Shown: positions 7,826 to 16,466 of the stretch, piece after piece
Numbering within the stretch: the stretch's first letter is position 1
How the letters are laid out: the number at the start of each line of letters is the position of its first letter
Virus record (IMG/VR): IMGVR_UViG_3300031565_000042
Length of the DNA: 55,822 nt
Origin: a virus
Strand: one strand, 5' to 3'
The notes under the pieces: generated by a model
The model's database searches: none
The model's input: the letters and a program-made list of their open reading frames with translations, nothing else
Told to the model about the DNA's origin: nothing
Translations under genes and position numbers: made by a program

Positions 7826-8163
7826 GGGTTGCAACTCCACACCTTGAACGGTTCGTGCTGCCCGGAATCGGTGAACCATTGATGGCCAAAGATCATTCGT
7901 CTATGCCCTTCATACAAATCCACCGTGGCATAGGTTTCAATTTGAATTTGTAAATTGGGATTGAACGTCACCATGATTTCATAGGGCTTCCCCGCCTTTT
8001 CCCGAACCAATCGTTCTTCGAGAATTTTGTGCTGCAAATTCATCAAGGCATTTGAATTCCGATTCATGATGTCGGCAATGTCATCGGCACTCATTTGACT
8101 TCCTTCAATCCCGGGTTGAATGAATGCAGCATGTTGACCCTTTCTCTTGTTCAAAATAGCCAT
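7822..8163 (-). CDS. hypothetical protein
   Basis: 113-aa ORF. No motif recognised. Confidence 0.6.
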   Translation of the reverse strand: MAILNKRKGQHAAFIQPGIEGSQMSADDIADIMNRNSNALMNLQHKILEERLVREKAGKPYEIMVTFNPNLQIQIETYATVDLYEGHRRMIFGHQWFTDSGQHEPFKVWSCNP

Positions 8164-8421
8164 CTGTACATTGTAAAATAAAAAAGCAGCATGAGGATCG
8201 TGACCACACCAGTGGCCAGTAGGCCACGGTCACTCAAAATTCCTACTTTCGCTTGGGATCGCCATGCTCTGTTCTCCACTTGCGATAGTCCATCAGTACT
8301 GAACCCGCTTCAGTGGTTGAAACTTTCATGGTTTTCACCAACCACCACATCAAGAAGGCATCCTGTTTGGATGCTTCAGCACATAGATGTCTCTTAACTA
8401 TACTTGGCTCTGGGCGCCTCA

Positions 8422-9249
8422 TTACAACGGCGCGAATGCGCGCGTGGGCTGTTCAATACATGGCACCAGCGGCGTCTCCTCACCCAACCCACGAAGAATA
8501 GTTAAAAATACCTGGTATTGTTCGGCCCGGGCGGCGGCCCGTGCGGCGGAACACGCGGCGCCCCGTGTGGCGGCCTCTGCTGCCCGTGTGGCGGCCACTG
8601 CGGCGGCGAATGCGGCGTCCCCTGCGGCGGCCTCTGCGGCCCATGCGGCGGCCTCTGCGGCCCATGCGGCGGCCACTGCGGCGGCCAATGCGGCGTCCCG
8701 TGCGGCCCATGCGGCGGCGAATGCGGCGTCCCCTGCGGCGGCCTCTGCGCCCCATGCGGCGGCCTCTGCGGCGGCCCGTGAGGCGGCCCGTGCGCCCCAT
8801 GCGGCGGCCTCTGCGGCGGCCTGGTCTGTCTGCGGCCACGCTTCATAGATTCGGCACGTTGCCTTGAGTAAGTCTTTTGAACATTGTCGTATGGGTGAGG
8901 CGAGCAGCCCATGAACAGGAGCAGTGACGATCCACTGCCACAGGCGCGGCCATACCCAATGCGTTTCAACGCCCACGGGGATGGCGTCAATAATGGCCCG
9001 TGGCATCAGGATCGCGTCATCTCTGTCAGCCCTCTCAAAATAATATTCACCCAGTTTCGCCACGAAGACACTCAGTCCGTATTGCTGCTCAAACTTCATG
9101 GGGTCATCCCCATGAATGGCGCAGCCGATAAAACACCCTTTCCCCTCCCTCCAGTAAGTTCCTTGCAGAAATGCGTCGGCCTCGGCGTGGTCGTCCATTC
9201 TCGCGAGGAGGGCCGCTTTTAGTGTTGGTTCATTAAAAAAACTCAGCAT
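8422..9249 (-). CDS. hypothetical protein with C-terminal Ala/Trp-rich helical repeat array
   Basis: 275 aa. It has a globular-looking N-terminal ~150 aa. About 95 aa of AAAEAAAWGA/AAWAAEAAAGDAAFAAA-type repeats follow, then a short unique tail. Confidence 0.75.
   Translation of the reverse strand: MLSFFNEPTLKAALLARMDDHAEADAFLQGTYWREGKGCFIGCAIHGDDPMKFEQQYGLSVFVAKLGEYYFERADRDDAILMPRAIIDAIPVGVETHWVWPRLWQWIVTAPVHGLLASPIRQCSKDLLKATCRIYEAWPQTDQAAAEAAAWGARAASRAAAEAAAWGAEAAAGDAAFAAAWAARDAALAAAVAAAWAAEAAAWAAEAAAGDAAFAAAVAATRAAEAATRGAACSAARAAARAEQYQVFLTILRGLGEETPLVPCIEQPTRAFAPL
8520..8825. repeat. GC-rich imperfect tandem repeat (about 21-bp period) with a ~60-bp higher-order repeat 111 bp apart
   Basis: For example, catgcggcggcctctgcggcc at 8642..8662 is followed by catgcggcggccactgcggcg. 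The block ggcgaatgcggcgtcccctgcggcggcctctgcg recurs with 'gaa' at 8608 and at 8719. A representative 21-mer is 17/21 G+C. Confidence 0.9.
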
Positions 9250-9345
9250 GTTCGTCTCCTTTTGTGATTACTCTTCTTGTTTGACTATGGGTTCGAAGGT
9301 GGCGCGGACGAGCTCTATATCTGTTTGGGTGCAGCCCATCTGTTT

Positions 9346-9579
9346 CTACGTCTGGAGATTCACTTGCCACGTTTCACCTCCATTCATTACAGCAATCGCC
9401 ACAAGAATTGGCCCATTTACTCCTCTGCCCCATATCCGTTCCACAACCATTATGAGATGGCCTGCAAGATCCCTGGCTTCAGCTGCGCTTATTTGTAACA
9501 CCGTGTCTTGATAGTGGATATTGACCAATGGCTTTCTGGTTTTAAATCTATAGCATGAGGAAACCCAGACTTGATTCAT
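9346..9579 (-). CDS. hypothetical protein
   Basis: 77-aa ORF in the operon series. Confidence 0.55.
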   Translation of the reverse strand: MNQVWVSSCYRFKTRKPLVNIHYQDTVLQISAAEARDLAGHLIMVVERIWGRGVNGPILVAIAVMNGGETWQVNLQT

Positions 9580-9592
9580 CTTTTAACTCTCA

Positions 9593-9697
9593 TCATTCAT
9601 CCCCTTCACTATTTTTTCGAACACCGTCATCCCATTGGGTATGATCCAGCCCCAAAAATTCACAGATGTCTATCAGCTTTCTCTCCGTGTTTTCCAT
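9593..9697 (-). CDS. possible small protein (34 aa)
   Basis: Hand-translated MENTERKLIDICEFLGLDHTQWDDGVRKNSEGDE. AAGGTG lies 5 nt upstream of the ATG. It fills the gap between 9701 and 9579. Confidence 0.4.
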   Translation of the reverse strand: MENTERKLIDICEFLGLDHTQWDDGVRKNSEGDE

Positions 9698-9700
9698 GGT

Positions 9701-9907
9701 TCACCTTCCCGTGGTCTGATAATATTTTTTGCGGTATGCAGCTTGGTAAGCTTTATATTTCTTTTGATTTTTCTTTTGGTAGGCTCGTTGATAGTCAGCA
9801 ATGGTTTTTTTCAAAATGGTGCGGCGGATTCGCATGATACGTCTTTTATTTTTCCTCCAATACTCCCGCTGATAAAGTTGTTCAGCTGTAAGTGGTTTGT
9901 TGGTCAT
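9701..9907 (-). CDS. hypothetical highly basic protein
   Basis: 68 aa rich in K/R/Y/Q (YQRAYQKKNQKKYKAYQAAYRKKYY). ATGA-type overlap with the upstream gene. Confidence 0.6.
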   Translation of the reverse strand: MTNKPLTAEQLYQREYWRKNKRRIMRIRRTILKKTIADYQRAYQKKNQKKYKAYQAAYRKKYYQTTGR

Positions 9908-10197
9908 GCAAAATCATTGTCTGTGCAAATGGCGACATCCCCGTGAATGTTGTTTGGTGTCACACCTCCACATCTTTCATAATAAAGGTCCGTGCCTTCA
10001 GGGTTGATCGGCTTGCCATCAATGAGGCCAGTATCATCAACAATCATGACCTTGCCGTTTCTCAAATTCACCGAATCGCCCACTTCAGCCCCGATCAATT
10101 CATGTACTTTGCGCAGCAACCCATGCTTCGGTATTTCGTATTCCTCTCGAAGTCCACTCACTCGAAAAATAGTCACTTTGCATAATTTAGTTTTCAT
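9904..10197 (-). CDS. DUF3846-like protein
   Basis: 97 aa. Its size and the pattern LHELIGAEVGDSV...VMIVDDTGLIDGKPINPEGT resemble DUF3846, which is common in phages and plasmids. Confidence 0.5.
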   Translation of the reverse strand: MKTKLCKVTIFRVSGLREEYEIPKHGLLRKVHELIGAEVGDSVNLRNGKVMIVDDTGLIDGKPINPEGTDLYYERCGGVTPNNIHGDVAICTDNDFA

Positions 10198-10394
10198 GGT
10201 TTTGCCCTTTCCTCATCTTCAGCATCCATTATTTCATCGACAAATTCTTCTGGTGTGATTTCTAGACTCTCAACCCGATATTTGAACAGTTCGAAGGCAA
10301 CCGTGGCATCGACCAATGCCCGTTTCAACCAATGAGCAAAAAACCTGGATTTAAATTCTTCTTCGCTCATATCACTATCAGATGGGCCTATCAT
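10194..10394 (-). CDS. hypothetical acidic protein
   Basis: Internal start MIGPSDSDMSEEEF... forms an ATGA overlap with the stop of 10391..10588. It is preferred over the 118-aa track ORF. Confidence 0.5.
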   Translation of the reverse strand: MIGPSDSDMSEEEFKSRFFAHWLKRALVDATVAFELFKYRVESLEITPEEFVDEIMDAEDEERAKP

Positions 10395-10588
10395 GGGTTC
10401 CCAATCCTGACCGAGTATTCTAATCCTCCATTCAGGAGAATGGTATAGGCGATAGAAAGAAAAAAGATTCCCATTCCAATTAACAGAAACCCGAGACAGA
10501 ATTCGTAGAAACTGAAATTTTCTCTCATATTTACCATGAACAATTTCCACTTCTCCTGAAAGTTTTTTAAGGCTTCAAGTGTTATCAT
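10391..10588 (-). CDS. small membrane protein
   Basis: ATG lies 5 nt after the sbcC stop. The 65-aa product has a clear TM segment, FCLGFLLIGMGIFFLSIAYTILL. ATGA-coupled to the next gene. Confidence 0.5.
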   Translation of the reverse strand: MITLEALKNFQEKWKLFMVNMRENFSFYEFCLGFLLIGMGIFFLSIAYTILLNGGLEYSVRIGNP

Positions 10589-10593
10589 TTTTT

Positions 10594-12900
10594 TCACAAG
10601 ACCTTTATTTCGCTTCCGATCGCATTCTTTTCCACCATGATTTCCTGTTCGAATGTTCCTTGAATTCCTTCGACGTGGCTGATAACCAAAATCAATCCGA
10701 AGCTGGTTTCGAGTTTGCTCAAGCATTCTCGCAACAAGGCCAATCCATCATTGTCTAAACTTCCCAAGCCTTCATCAATGATGAGGGTTTCCATTCGGGA
10801 TCCAGCGCGGTGCATGAGAAGTTGAGACAACCCAAAGCGCAAAGCCAAATCCAGCCTGAACTTTTCACCACCGGAATAATTTTCATAAGGTTTTTCCCCA
10901 AATACATCGCGCACCAGAATGTCCAGGGTTTCCCCAATGCGGTCAGAACTTTTCAAAGCCTTTTGTGTTTCCAATCGAATTCGCATTCCCGATGGGCTGA
11001 TCTTTTCCAGGATGGAATTCGTGGCAGCTTCCAAAGTGGGTACGGCCCCTTCCATAATCATCACGGGGATGGTGGTGTAGTAATGATGCAGCTGCTTGAA
11101 AGCTTGATTCCTGTTCTGTGTGTCAGCAATTGATTGAGTCAATTCTTTGACAGAGATTTGAGCAGCTTCCGAATGAATTTTTTGTTCTCGAAGACTTCCC
11201 ACTCGCTCCGTCACACACTGCATTTCCTCTTTTAAAGATGCTGCCTTGCTTTGTAGTTGGTCTTCGACATCAAAGGCTTCTGTTAACCATTTAGCCAGCG
11301 CAGTTTCTTCTTCAGCCTTCCGTAATTTGATTTGAATCTGATTGTTGAGTTTGTGCATCATGTCATCATGAATGGTTGACACCTCCGCCAATTTTTCGAC
11401 TTCTTTCAACGCACTTTCCAATTCGGGTTTCAGTTTGGATACTGGATAGATGCCTCTCATCTCGTCTTGTATCTCAGTCAACACTTTGGAGAAGGCTCCT
11501 TTCTCCGATGCAATTGCTTGTCGCTCCTCTCTCAACTTCTCAAGCTTTTCTTTCGTGTCCGTCAACTTCAAATTTTTAATTTGTTGCAACCGTGTCTCAT
11601 AATCCTTTTCATAATCAGGCAGTTGTTCACGCACAAAATTCCTGGCCTCTAAAATGGTCAATTGATCTTTCTTGCCTTGCAGGTTTTCGATGGCCTGCAC
11701 AGCCTCAATGGTAAATTGACATTTTTTCTGTAACTCTTCCCAGCATGGGACCAACTCAAGCAATTTCCCTTGCTGAATATATTGGCCAATCTCATTGCTG
11801 GCCTTGCCTAACTCCACATTCTTCTGGCTTTCAATTAAGGCTTTTTTGTGCTCCAACCCTCGCAGTTCACTTTCTACACGAAGCAGGGTTGAATCCTCTC
11901 TGCCTTTGCGTTCCATGGCCTTCTGCATCTCACTTTCAATTACCAAAAGCTTTTCCGTTACTTTGTTTTCTTCTTCTCGCTTCGCTTCAACAGTGCGCGT
12001 CAAGAATTCATGCTGTTCAGCCTTTTGTAGAATTTCATCCTTTCGATCAATCAATATTTTGTAATATTCTCGATCAGATTTATTGCGTTCAATCTTGATG
12101 TTCAGCTCATCCCGTTCCTTGAATAAACCATCCAGCCCTTCCTTCTCTTCCAAGATGGCATTCAGGGCCGATTGCTTCTTCCCCTTTTCCTCATGATGGG
12201 TTTTCAGTTTGGTGTTGCAGGTCATTTGATCCGTTGAATACATTTGCAAATCGGCTTCAGCTTTTTTGATTAGCTCATTGATCGGGATCAACATATTCGC
12301 CAAGGCTTGCACTGCCACCAGTTGACCTTCAACACCCTGGATTTGATCGGCTGTAACTTGAGCTTTCCGATTGGCCATCGTTCGCAGAACAGCATACTCA
12401 TCAAGTTTTAAGACTTGGGCAAGAATGGCTTTGCGTTCAGCGGCACCAGCGGTAGAAAACTTATCGGCCTTACCTTGAATAAGAAAGTTCGAATTGGCGC
12501 ACAACTCATAGTCAGCATTCAGCACAGATTTGATGGCCTCTTGTGTCTCTAGTATTTTATGCCCACCAACCGGAACCCAGCTGTCTTCATTCTTGGCCAA
12601 GAATGACAGCTCCGTTTTGCCTGCCTTGGTTTGTCGGCTCCGAGTTCGTTGCACACGATACACTTGACCATCCAAAGAAAAATCCATGGTCACACTCATT
12701 CGCAATTGATCGTGACTCATCATCACATCAGGTTCACCGCGACATTTTCCAAACAAGGCCCATAACGGTGCATCCACAAAGGCAGTAGATTTCCCTGATC
12801 CATTCTTGCCGGAGACCGTAGCGGAAACAATGCCGGACAAATCAATGGTACTGTGTAAATGCGAAGCGAAATTCTCTAATTCAATCCGTAGAATCTTCAT
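10594..12900 (-). CDS. sbcC: SbcC/Rad50-family ATPase
   Basis: 768 aa. Walker A GKNGSGKST. Long coiled-coil middle region. ABC signature YSGGEKFRLDLAL and Walker B LIIDEGLGSLD at the C-terminus. Confidence 0.92.
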   Translation of the reverse strand: MKILRIELENFASHLHSTIDLSGIVSATVSGKNGSGKSTAFVDAPLWALFGKCRGEPDVMMSHDQLRMSVTMDFSLDGQVYRVQRTRSRQTKAGKTELSFLAKNEDSWVPVGGHKILETQEAIKSVLNADYELCANSNFLIQGKADKFSTAGAAERKAILAQVLKLDEYAVLRTMANRKAQVTADQIQGVEGQLVAVQALANMLIPINELIKKAEADLQMYSTDQMTCNTKLKTHHEEKGKKQSALNAILEEKEGLDGLFKERDELNIKIERNKSDREYYKILIDRKDEILQKAEQHEFLTRTVEAKREEENKVTEKLLVIESEMQKAMERKGREDSTLLRVESELRGLEHKKALIESQKNVELGKASNEIGQYIQQGKLLELVPCWEELQKKCQFTIEAVQAIENLQGKKDQLTILEARNFVREQLPDYEKDYETRLQQIKNLKLTDTKEKLEKLREERQAIASEKGAFSKVLTEIQDEMRGIYPVSKLKPELESALKEVEKLAEVSTIHDDMMHKLNNQIQIKLRKAEEETALAKWLTEAFDVEDQLQSKAASLKEEMQCVTERVGSLREQKIHSEAAQISVKELTQSIADTQNRNQAFKQLHHYYTTIPVMIMEGAVPTLEAATNSILEKISPSGMRIRLETQKALKSSDRIGETLDILVRDVFGEKPYENYSGGEKFRLDLALRFGLSQLLMHRAGSRMETLIIDEGLGSLDNDGLALLRECLSKLETSFGLILVISHVEGIQGTFEQEIMVEKNAIGSEIKVL

Positions 12901-14087
12901 TGGTTCACCTCTTCACACAATTCTAAATGGAGTTGACGACATAAGGAAAGCGCTGGTTCTGCCACAGAATCCCGCTCTAGGCACCGTTCTAAGGCTTCGT
13001 AGGTGTTCATTTGATTGGAAAGTTGATTGTCCCGTGTACGGTCTTCTCGTTCAATCTCCACATCCACCTGAACAAAGTTCAAGGCTTGAGCGAAGCGTTG
13101 AATGGTTGGCATGACTTGAGGGACATCGGCTTCTGGGATCGTGTCTTTAATGCGATACACAATGTTTTCTTCGCCATAATTGGGCACCCACAAAGCCAAC
13201 TCCTGCACGGTTAAGGTTTTGTAGACTCTGGCATGTGGGTTTTCAATGTGAGCGGTCGTGACTCCACCAGGTGCAAAGTCACACACCAAAAACCCTTTGC
13301 GTTCTTTCTCTTCTCCAAACCCTTGTCGAAGCAATGACCCGCAGTACATGCCTCTCTCTCCAACACTTTGCGTCTGATGAATGTGTCCAAGTGCCACATA
13401 ATCATACGCTCCTGCCACTTCATTGATCGGAAGAAAGACATCATGGGCAAGTGTGCGGGGTTGTTCCCCGACAGTGGCATTCTCCACCGATCCATGTGCC
13501 AGCAAAATTTTGTGGTCCACCTCACGGCCACTGTGCTGCATTCGGAATGTGGCCAAAATGTTCGACAGCCCGCGATTGATGAAACCAGTCAACTCCTCCG
13601 GCGTACAGGTTTTTCTGTTTTCATGTTGCATGGAAGCGGTCAACCGTCCTCGGCTTGGATAAGGCAAGCAATCAATCAGGATCTTTTTTCCTTCCACATC
13701 CAATACTAATGAATCCGGCTTTTGTACTACATGGACATTGAGAAAGCTGACTGGTTCTAAGGCGGTAGCCAGATGAGAAGATTGCGCGATGTCATGATTG
13801 CCAGCAATCACCACCACTTGCACACCATCATCTGAACACCGTTCAAGGAATTGCATTACCACACGAAGTTCGTCCATGGTGGGTTTGTTAGAGTCGAAGA
13901 CATCACCAGCCACAAGCAAAAGCTGAATGTGTTCTTTGGTGATGTAGTCGTAAAGAAAATTCAGTGAGTTTTGGAAATCCGTGAGGGTGATGGACAACCC
14001 AGTAGCGGGATCAATGAGTAACTTTCCTCCGACGGTACCCATAGATTTTGGATGCCAATCGCCACTATGAATTGCGCGAAGACTCAT
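12897..14087 (-). CDS. sbcD: SbcD/Mre11-family nuclease
   Basis: 396 aa with the calcineurin-like phosphoesterase motifs SGDWH, VAGDVFD, IAGNHD, LLAHG and LGHIH. ATGA-coupled to sbcC. Confidence 0.92.
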   Translation of the reverse strand: MSLRAIHSGDWHPKSMGTVGGKLLIDPATGLSITLTDFQNSLNFLYDYITKEHIQLLLVAGDVFDSNKPTMDELRVVMQFLERCSDDGVQVVVIAGNHDIAQSSHLATALEPVSFLNVHVVQKPDSLVLDVEGKKILIDCLPYPSRGRLTASMQHENRKTCTPEELTGFINRGLSNILATFRMQHSGREVDHKILLAHGSVENATVGEQPRTLAHDVFLPINEVAGAYDYVALGHIHQTQSVGERGMYCGSLLRQGFGEEKERKGFLVCDFAPGGVTTAHIENPHARVYKTLTVQELALWVPNYGEENIVYRIKDTIPEADVPQVMPTIQRFAQALNFVQVDVEIEREDRTRDNQLSNQMNTYEALERCLERDSVAEPALSLCRQLHLELCEEVNQ

Positions 14088-14409
14088 AGTAATCCTGCCT
14101 TTCTAAGCTTTCTTTCTCTTTGGTGAAGGTGTAGATGATACGCATTGTTTTCACAGATCACTAAATTTGATTTCTGATTGTCTGATTTCACTTTGTTATG
14201 ATGGTGGACGACAGCGCCCAAAGGCAGGGGTTTGCCAAGAACTTCTTCTGCGATGATGATGTGTTCGAATTTGTATTGGCCGGATGGTAAGTTGATGCGT
14301 TGTGTCCATGAATGAACCGAATCGGTTGACCCTTCACAAACCCAAGATCATGACGATTTCTTTTTGGTATCGGTGCAGGCTTCCCGCACCCACATTCACA
14401 AAGCTTCAT
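14084..14409 (-). pseudogene. HNH endonuclease interrupted by a 1-nt frameshift
   Basis: Frame A gives MKLCECGCGKPAPIPKRNRHDLGFVKGQPIRFIHGHNASTYHPANT. The -1 frame continues KFEHIIIAEEVLGKPLPLGAVVHHHNKVKSDNQKSNLVICENNAYHLHLH, a canonical HNH. The -1 frame has no start codon of its own and ends in an ATGA overlap with sbcD. The junction is at aatacaaattcg (about 14268..14279). Confidence 0.75.
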
Positions 14410-14456
14410 CAGTTCCCCTTTCAAAAGATCTGATTGTCCAATATATTATTTTGGCA

Positions 14457-14699
14457 TCAAAAATCAATAGTACTGTCCGGTAAATCTGGTTCATCTAGAG
14501 CACTGTCATAGCTACCATTTAACCATCTTATTTCTGCCAAGAGTGGTGCATACATGGCCCAGGAATTAGGTCCTGAAAATCTCCTGTGAAATGTTAAAGT
14601 GTTATCGTGATCAAATACCATTCCCAAAATGAGGCATGTATTCATTCGCGACACCAATTCATCGACTAAATCTTTAGTTAAAATTTCCTTGATGTTCAT
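14457..14699 (-). CDS. hypothetical protein
   Basis: 80-aa ORF. Confidence 0.55.
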   Translation of the reverse strand: MNIKEILTKDLVDELVSRMNTCLILGMVFDHDNTLTFHRRFSGPNSWAMYAPLLAEIRWLNGSYDSALDEPDLPDSTIDF

Positions 14700-14739
14700 G
14701 ATTTTTATTCAAATAGCCACTCTCATTTCGTAGGTCACT

Positions 14740-14767
14740 GGTGATGGGGTCTTGTGACCCCACCACC
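14740..14767 (-). other. 12-bp stem-loop (one mismatch) without a U-tract
   Basis: ggtgatggggtc-ttgt-gaccccaccacc lies in the intergenic space between 14825..15085 and 14457..14699. Confidence 0.4.
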
Positions 14768-14824
14768 TGCTAAAGTGAGTCAACAATACTCAATTAGTAA
14801 TTGCACCGAATGTCATCTTGGTCT

Positions 14825-15085
14825 TTACCTGCGAAGACCACTGCCCCTTCCATATATTTTTTCAGGCGAATCCACACTAGGTCTTTTAAGCCCACCTTTT
14901 CGACCATAGAGAATCCCAGGTTTGTGGTCGATCTGTTCTGTGAATTGCCCACTACCTCGACCACCTCGGCCTTCAATTGTTTGGGTATCTGCAGCTACCT
15001 GATTGGCAAACGCAAATCCAAGCGCGAACAATCCCAGTGTCACCATGACCAAGTAAAACTTCGCAATTCTTCGTTCAGTTTCCAT
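14825..15085 (-). CDS. small secreted Gly/Arg-rich protein
   Basis: AGGAGG lies 8 nt upstream of the ATG. The N-terminal signal-like segment is FYLVMVTLGLFALGFAFANQVAA. Confidence 0.6.
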   Translation of the reverse strand: METERRIAKFYLVMVTLGLFALGFAFANQVAADTQTIEGRGGRGSGQFTEQIDHKPGILYGRKGGLKRPSVDSPEKIYGRGSGLRR

Positions 15086-15112
15086 GTTAAAACCTCCTGT
15101 TATAAGAATGAC

Positions 15113-15187
15113 TTACTTTAGCCAATATTCGTACCACCATTTGAGCACCAACAGCAGAACCGCACAGGGAAGAGTAATCATAAGCAT
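15113..15187 (-). CDS. possible hydrophobic micro-protein (24-32 aa)
   Basis: Hand-translated MLMITLPCAVLLLVLKWWYEYWLK. Alternative TTG (15202) and GTG (15211) starts lie next to GGAGG. Confidence 0.3.
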   Translation of the reverse strand: MLMITLPCAVLLLVLKWWYEYWLK

Positions 15188-15278
15188 GAATTCAATCCAC
15201 AAATCAGCCACCTCCAATCCTCAAGTAAATTCATTCGACATAGGATTCATCCATGTCACGTTGTTCCTTTTGTTTTGT

Positions 15279-16466
15279 CTATTCGTTCCAAGGTAAATCC
15301 GATTGTGTGTGCTCTGGGTTGGCCAATTTCAGCAACATCATATAAAAGTTTTTAAATTCATTGGGTGTGAATTTTTTAAAATCCTTATTCAATTTACCTT
15401 TCCAGTTTTTCTTCCTGATGAGTTGTTCTATGCACATAATTTTGTCAGTAAGATCGCAAGTCTCAAAATCCATCATGGATGATTCGATGGGTGTCAATTG
15501 CATCTCTTGGTTTTCAATTTGCATTTCTGTCTCAGTCAATTGGGGGTCGATCATGTGCTCTATTTCTAAGGCTTCCACTTCCGTTGGCAAATTGAATTCT
15601 TGCTTTGAAAGGGTTGGCTGTTGAGGTTTGAATTCAGAAGGCCGTTGGGCTTCAATGGCTTGCAGCTGTAGGGTTTTTGGAGCATGGACAATTTTTGTCG
15701 GCTCCGTGGGAAACATCATCATCGGCACTTTGGTTTGTTCTAAGGCGAAGGCCCGATCAATGGGATTGGTTGCCTCATAATAGACCACCAGCTTTGGCAC
15801 CAGAAACGGCTTCTCAAGCTGTTTGGGCATATAGGTTGAGGGAAAGGCCCCAAGATCACGAATGCAACGGGTCATGGAGCCAGTTTGTGCGCGTGTCAGG
15901 GCATTCTTCTCGATTTGGATCATCTCAATTCGGACTTTCTCATCCCGCCATGCTTTCACCTCATCTCGTGTTTTGCATACCTTGAAATCTGGCGGTGCTG
16001 ATAATGGCTGATCTATGAATTTTGCAATGTTCGCATTCTGGGTGTTTTCGATTTCCTGCCTTCTCTTGACCACATCAAATTCGTAATCCATTTGGGACCA
16101 GCTGAATTGACCATCCAACCCTCTGCAACATGCCGTTGAGCGATAAATGATTGATTTCGTGCTTCCGTTCTCATCAAGGATACGTGACACGACTTGCCCG
16201 GGTCCGAACTTGATGCCCATTGCCTTCCCTAATTTCTTTAACGCCACAGCTGTTAAGGAAAGGCCACCACCTTTTTGCGGATACACTTCTTTGAAGGCTG
16301 GATCTTTGCAGATGTTGACCACTTCATAGGCATGAACAAATCCGACTGGCGGGGGAGCATTGATGTATGTTTCGTTGCCAACGATGATGGCATCCATCTC
16401 TTTGAATTGTTTAATGATGGCATTGACTGAACTGATTTGTTTCTCTTGAATCATTAACTCGCTCAT
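15279..16466 (-). CDS. hypothetical protein; recombination/replication role suspected from context only
   Basis: 395-aa ORF between the regulator and the SbcCD module. I could not match it to Erf, RecT, Rad52 or gp2.5 signatures by eye. Confidence 0.6.
   Translation of the reverse strand: MSELMIQEKQISSVNAIIKQFKEMDAIIVGNETYINAPPPVGFVHAYEVVNICKDPAFKEVYPQKGGGLSLTAVALKKLGKAMGIKFGPGQVVSRILDENGSTKSIIYRSTACCRGLDGQFSWSQMDYEFDVVKRRQEIENTQNANIAKFIDQPLSAPPDFKVCKTRDEVKAWRDEKVRIEMIQIEKNALTRAQTGSMTRCIRDLGAFPSTYMPKQLEKPFLVPKLVVYYEATNPIDRAFALEQTKVPMMMFPTEPTKIVHAPKTLQLQAIEAQRPSEFKPQQPTLSKQEFNLPTEVEALEIEHMIDPQLTETEMQIENQEMQLTPIESSMMDFETCDLTDKIMCIEQLIRKKNWKGKLNKDFKKFTPNEFKNFYMMLLKLANPEHTQSDLPWNE

Noticed and set aside
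8387-8990. Five additional long ORFs on both strands across the GC-rich repeat (8387..8848+, 8518..8781+, 8541..8867+, 8480..8839-, 8502..8990-), encoding Arg/Pro/Gly/Cys-rich polymers
   Set aside because: They are a by-product of a stop-free GC-rich repeat. Only 8422..9249 has a non-repetitive N-terminal domain, fits the operon strand and abuts the neighbouring genes sensibly.
9285-9310. tRNA-like GGTTCGAA T-loop motif at about 9289
   Set aside because: I could not build flanking acceptor or anticodon stems, so it is an isolated motif only.
10194-10550. 118-aa ORF as a single gene
   Set aside because: Its N-terminal half is the alternative frame of a convincing TM-protein ORF (10391..10588) that starts 5 nt after the sbcC stop. 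That ORF is ATGA-coupled to the internal Met at 10394. This remains a judgement call.
14268-14279. Programmed -1 frameshift in the HNH gene
   Set aside because: The junction ACAAATTCG is not an X_XXY_YYZ heptamer and I saw no obvious downstream structure. A 1-nt deletion in an A-run, or a sequencing error, is simpler.
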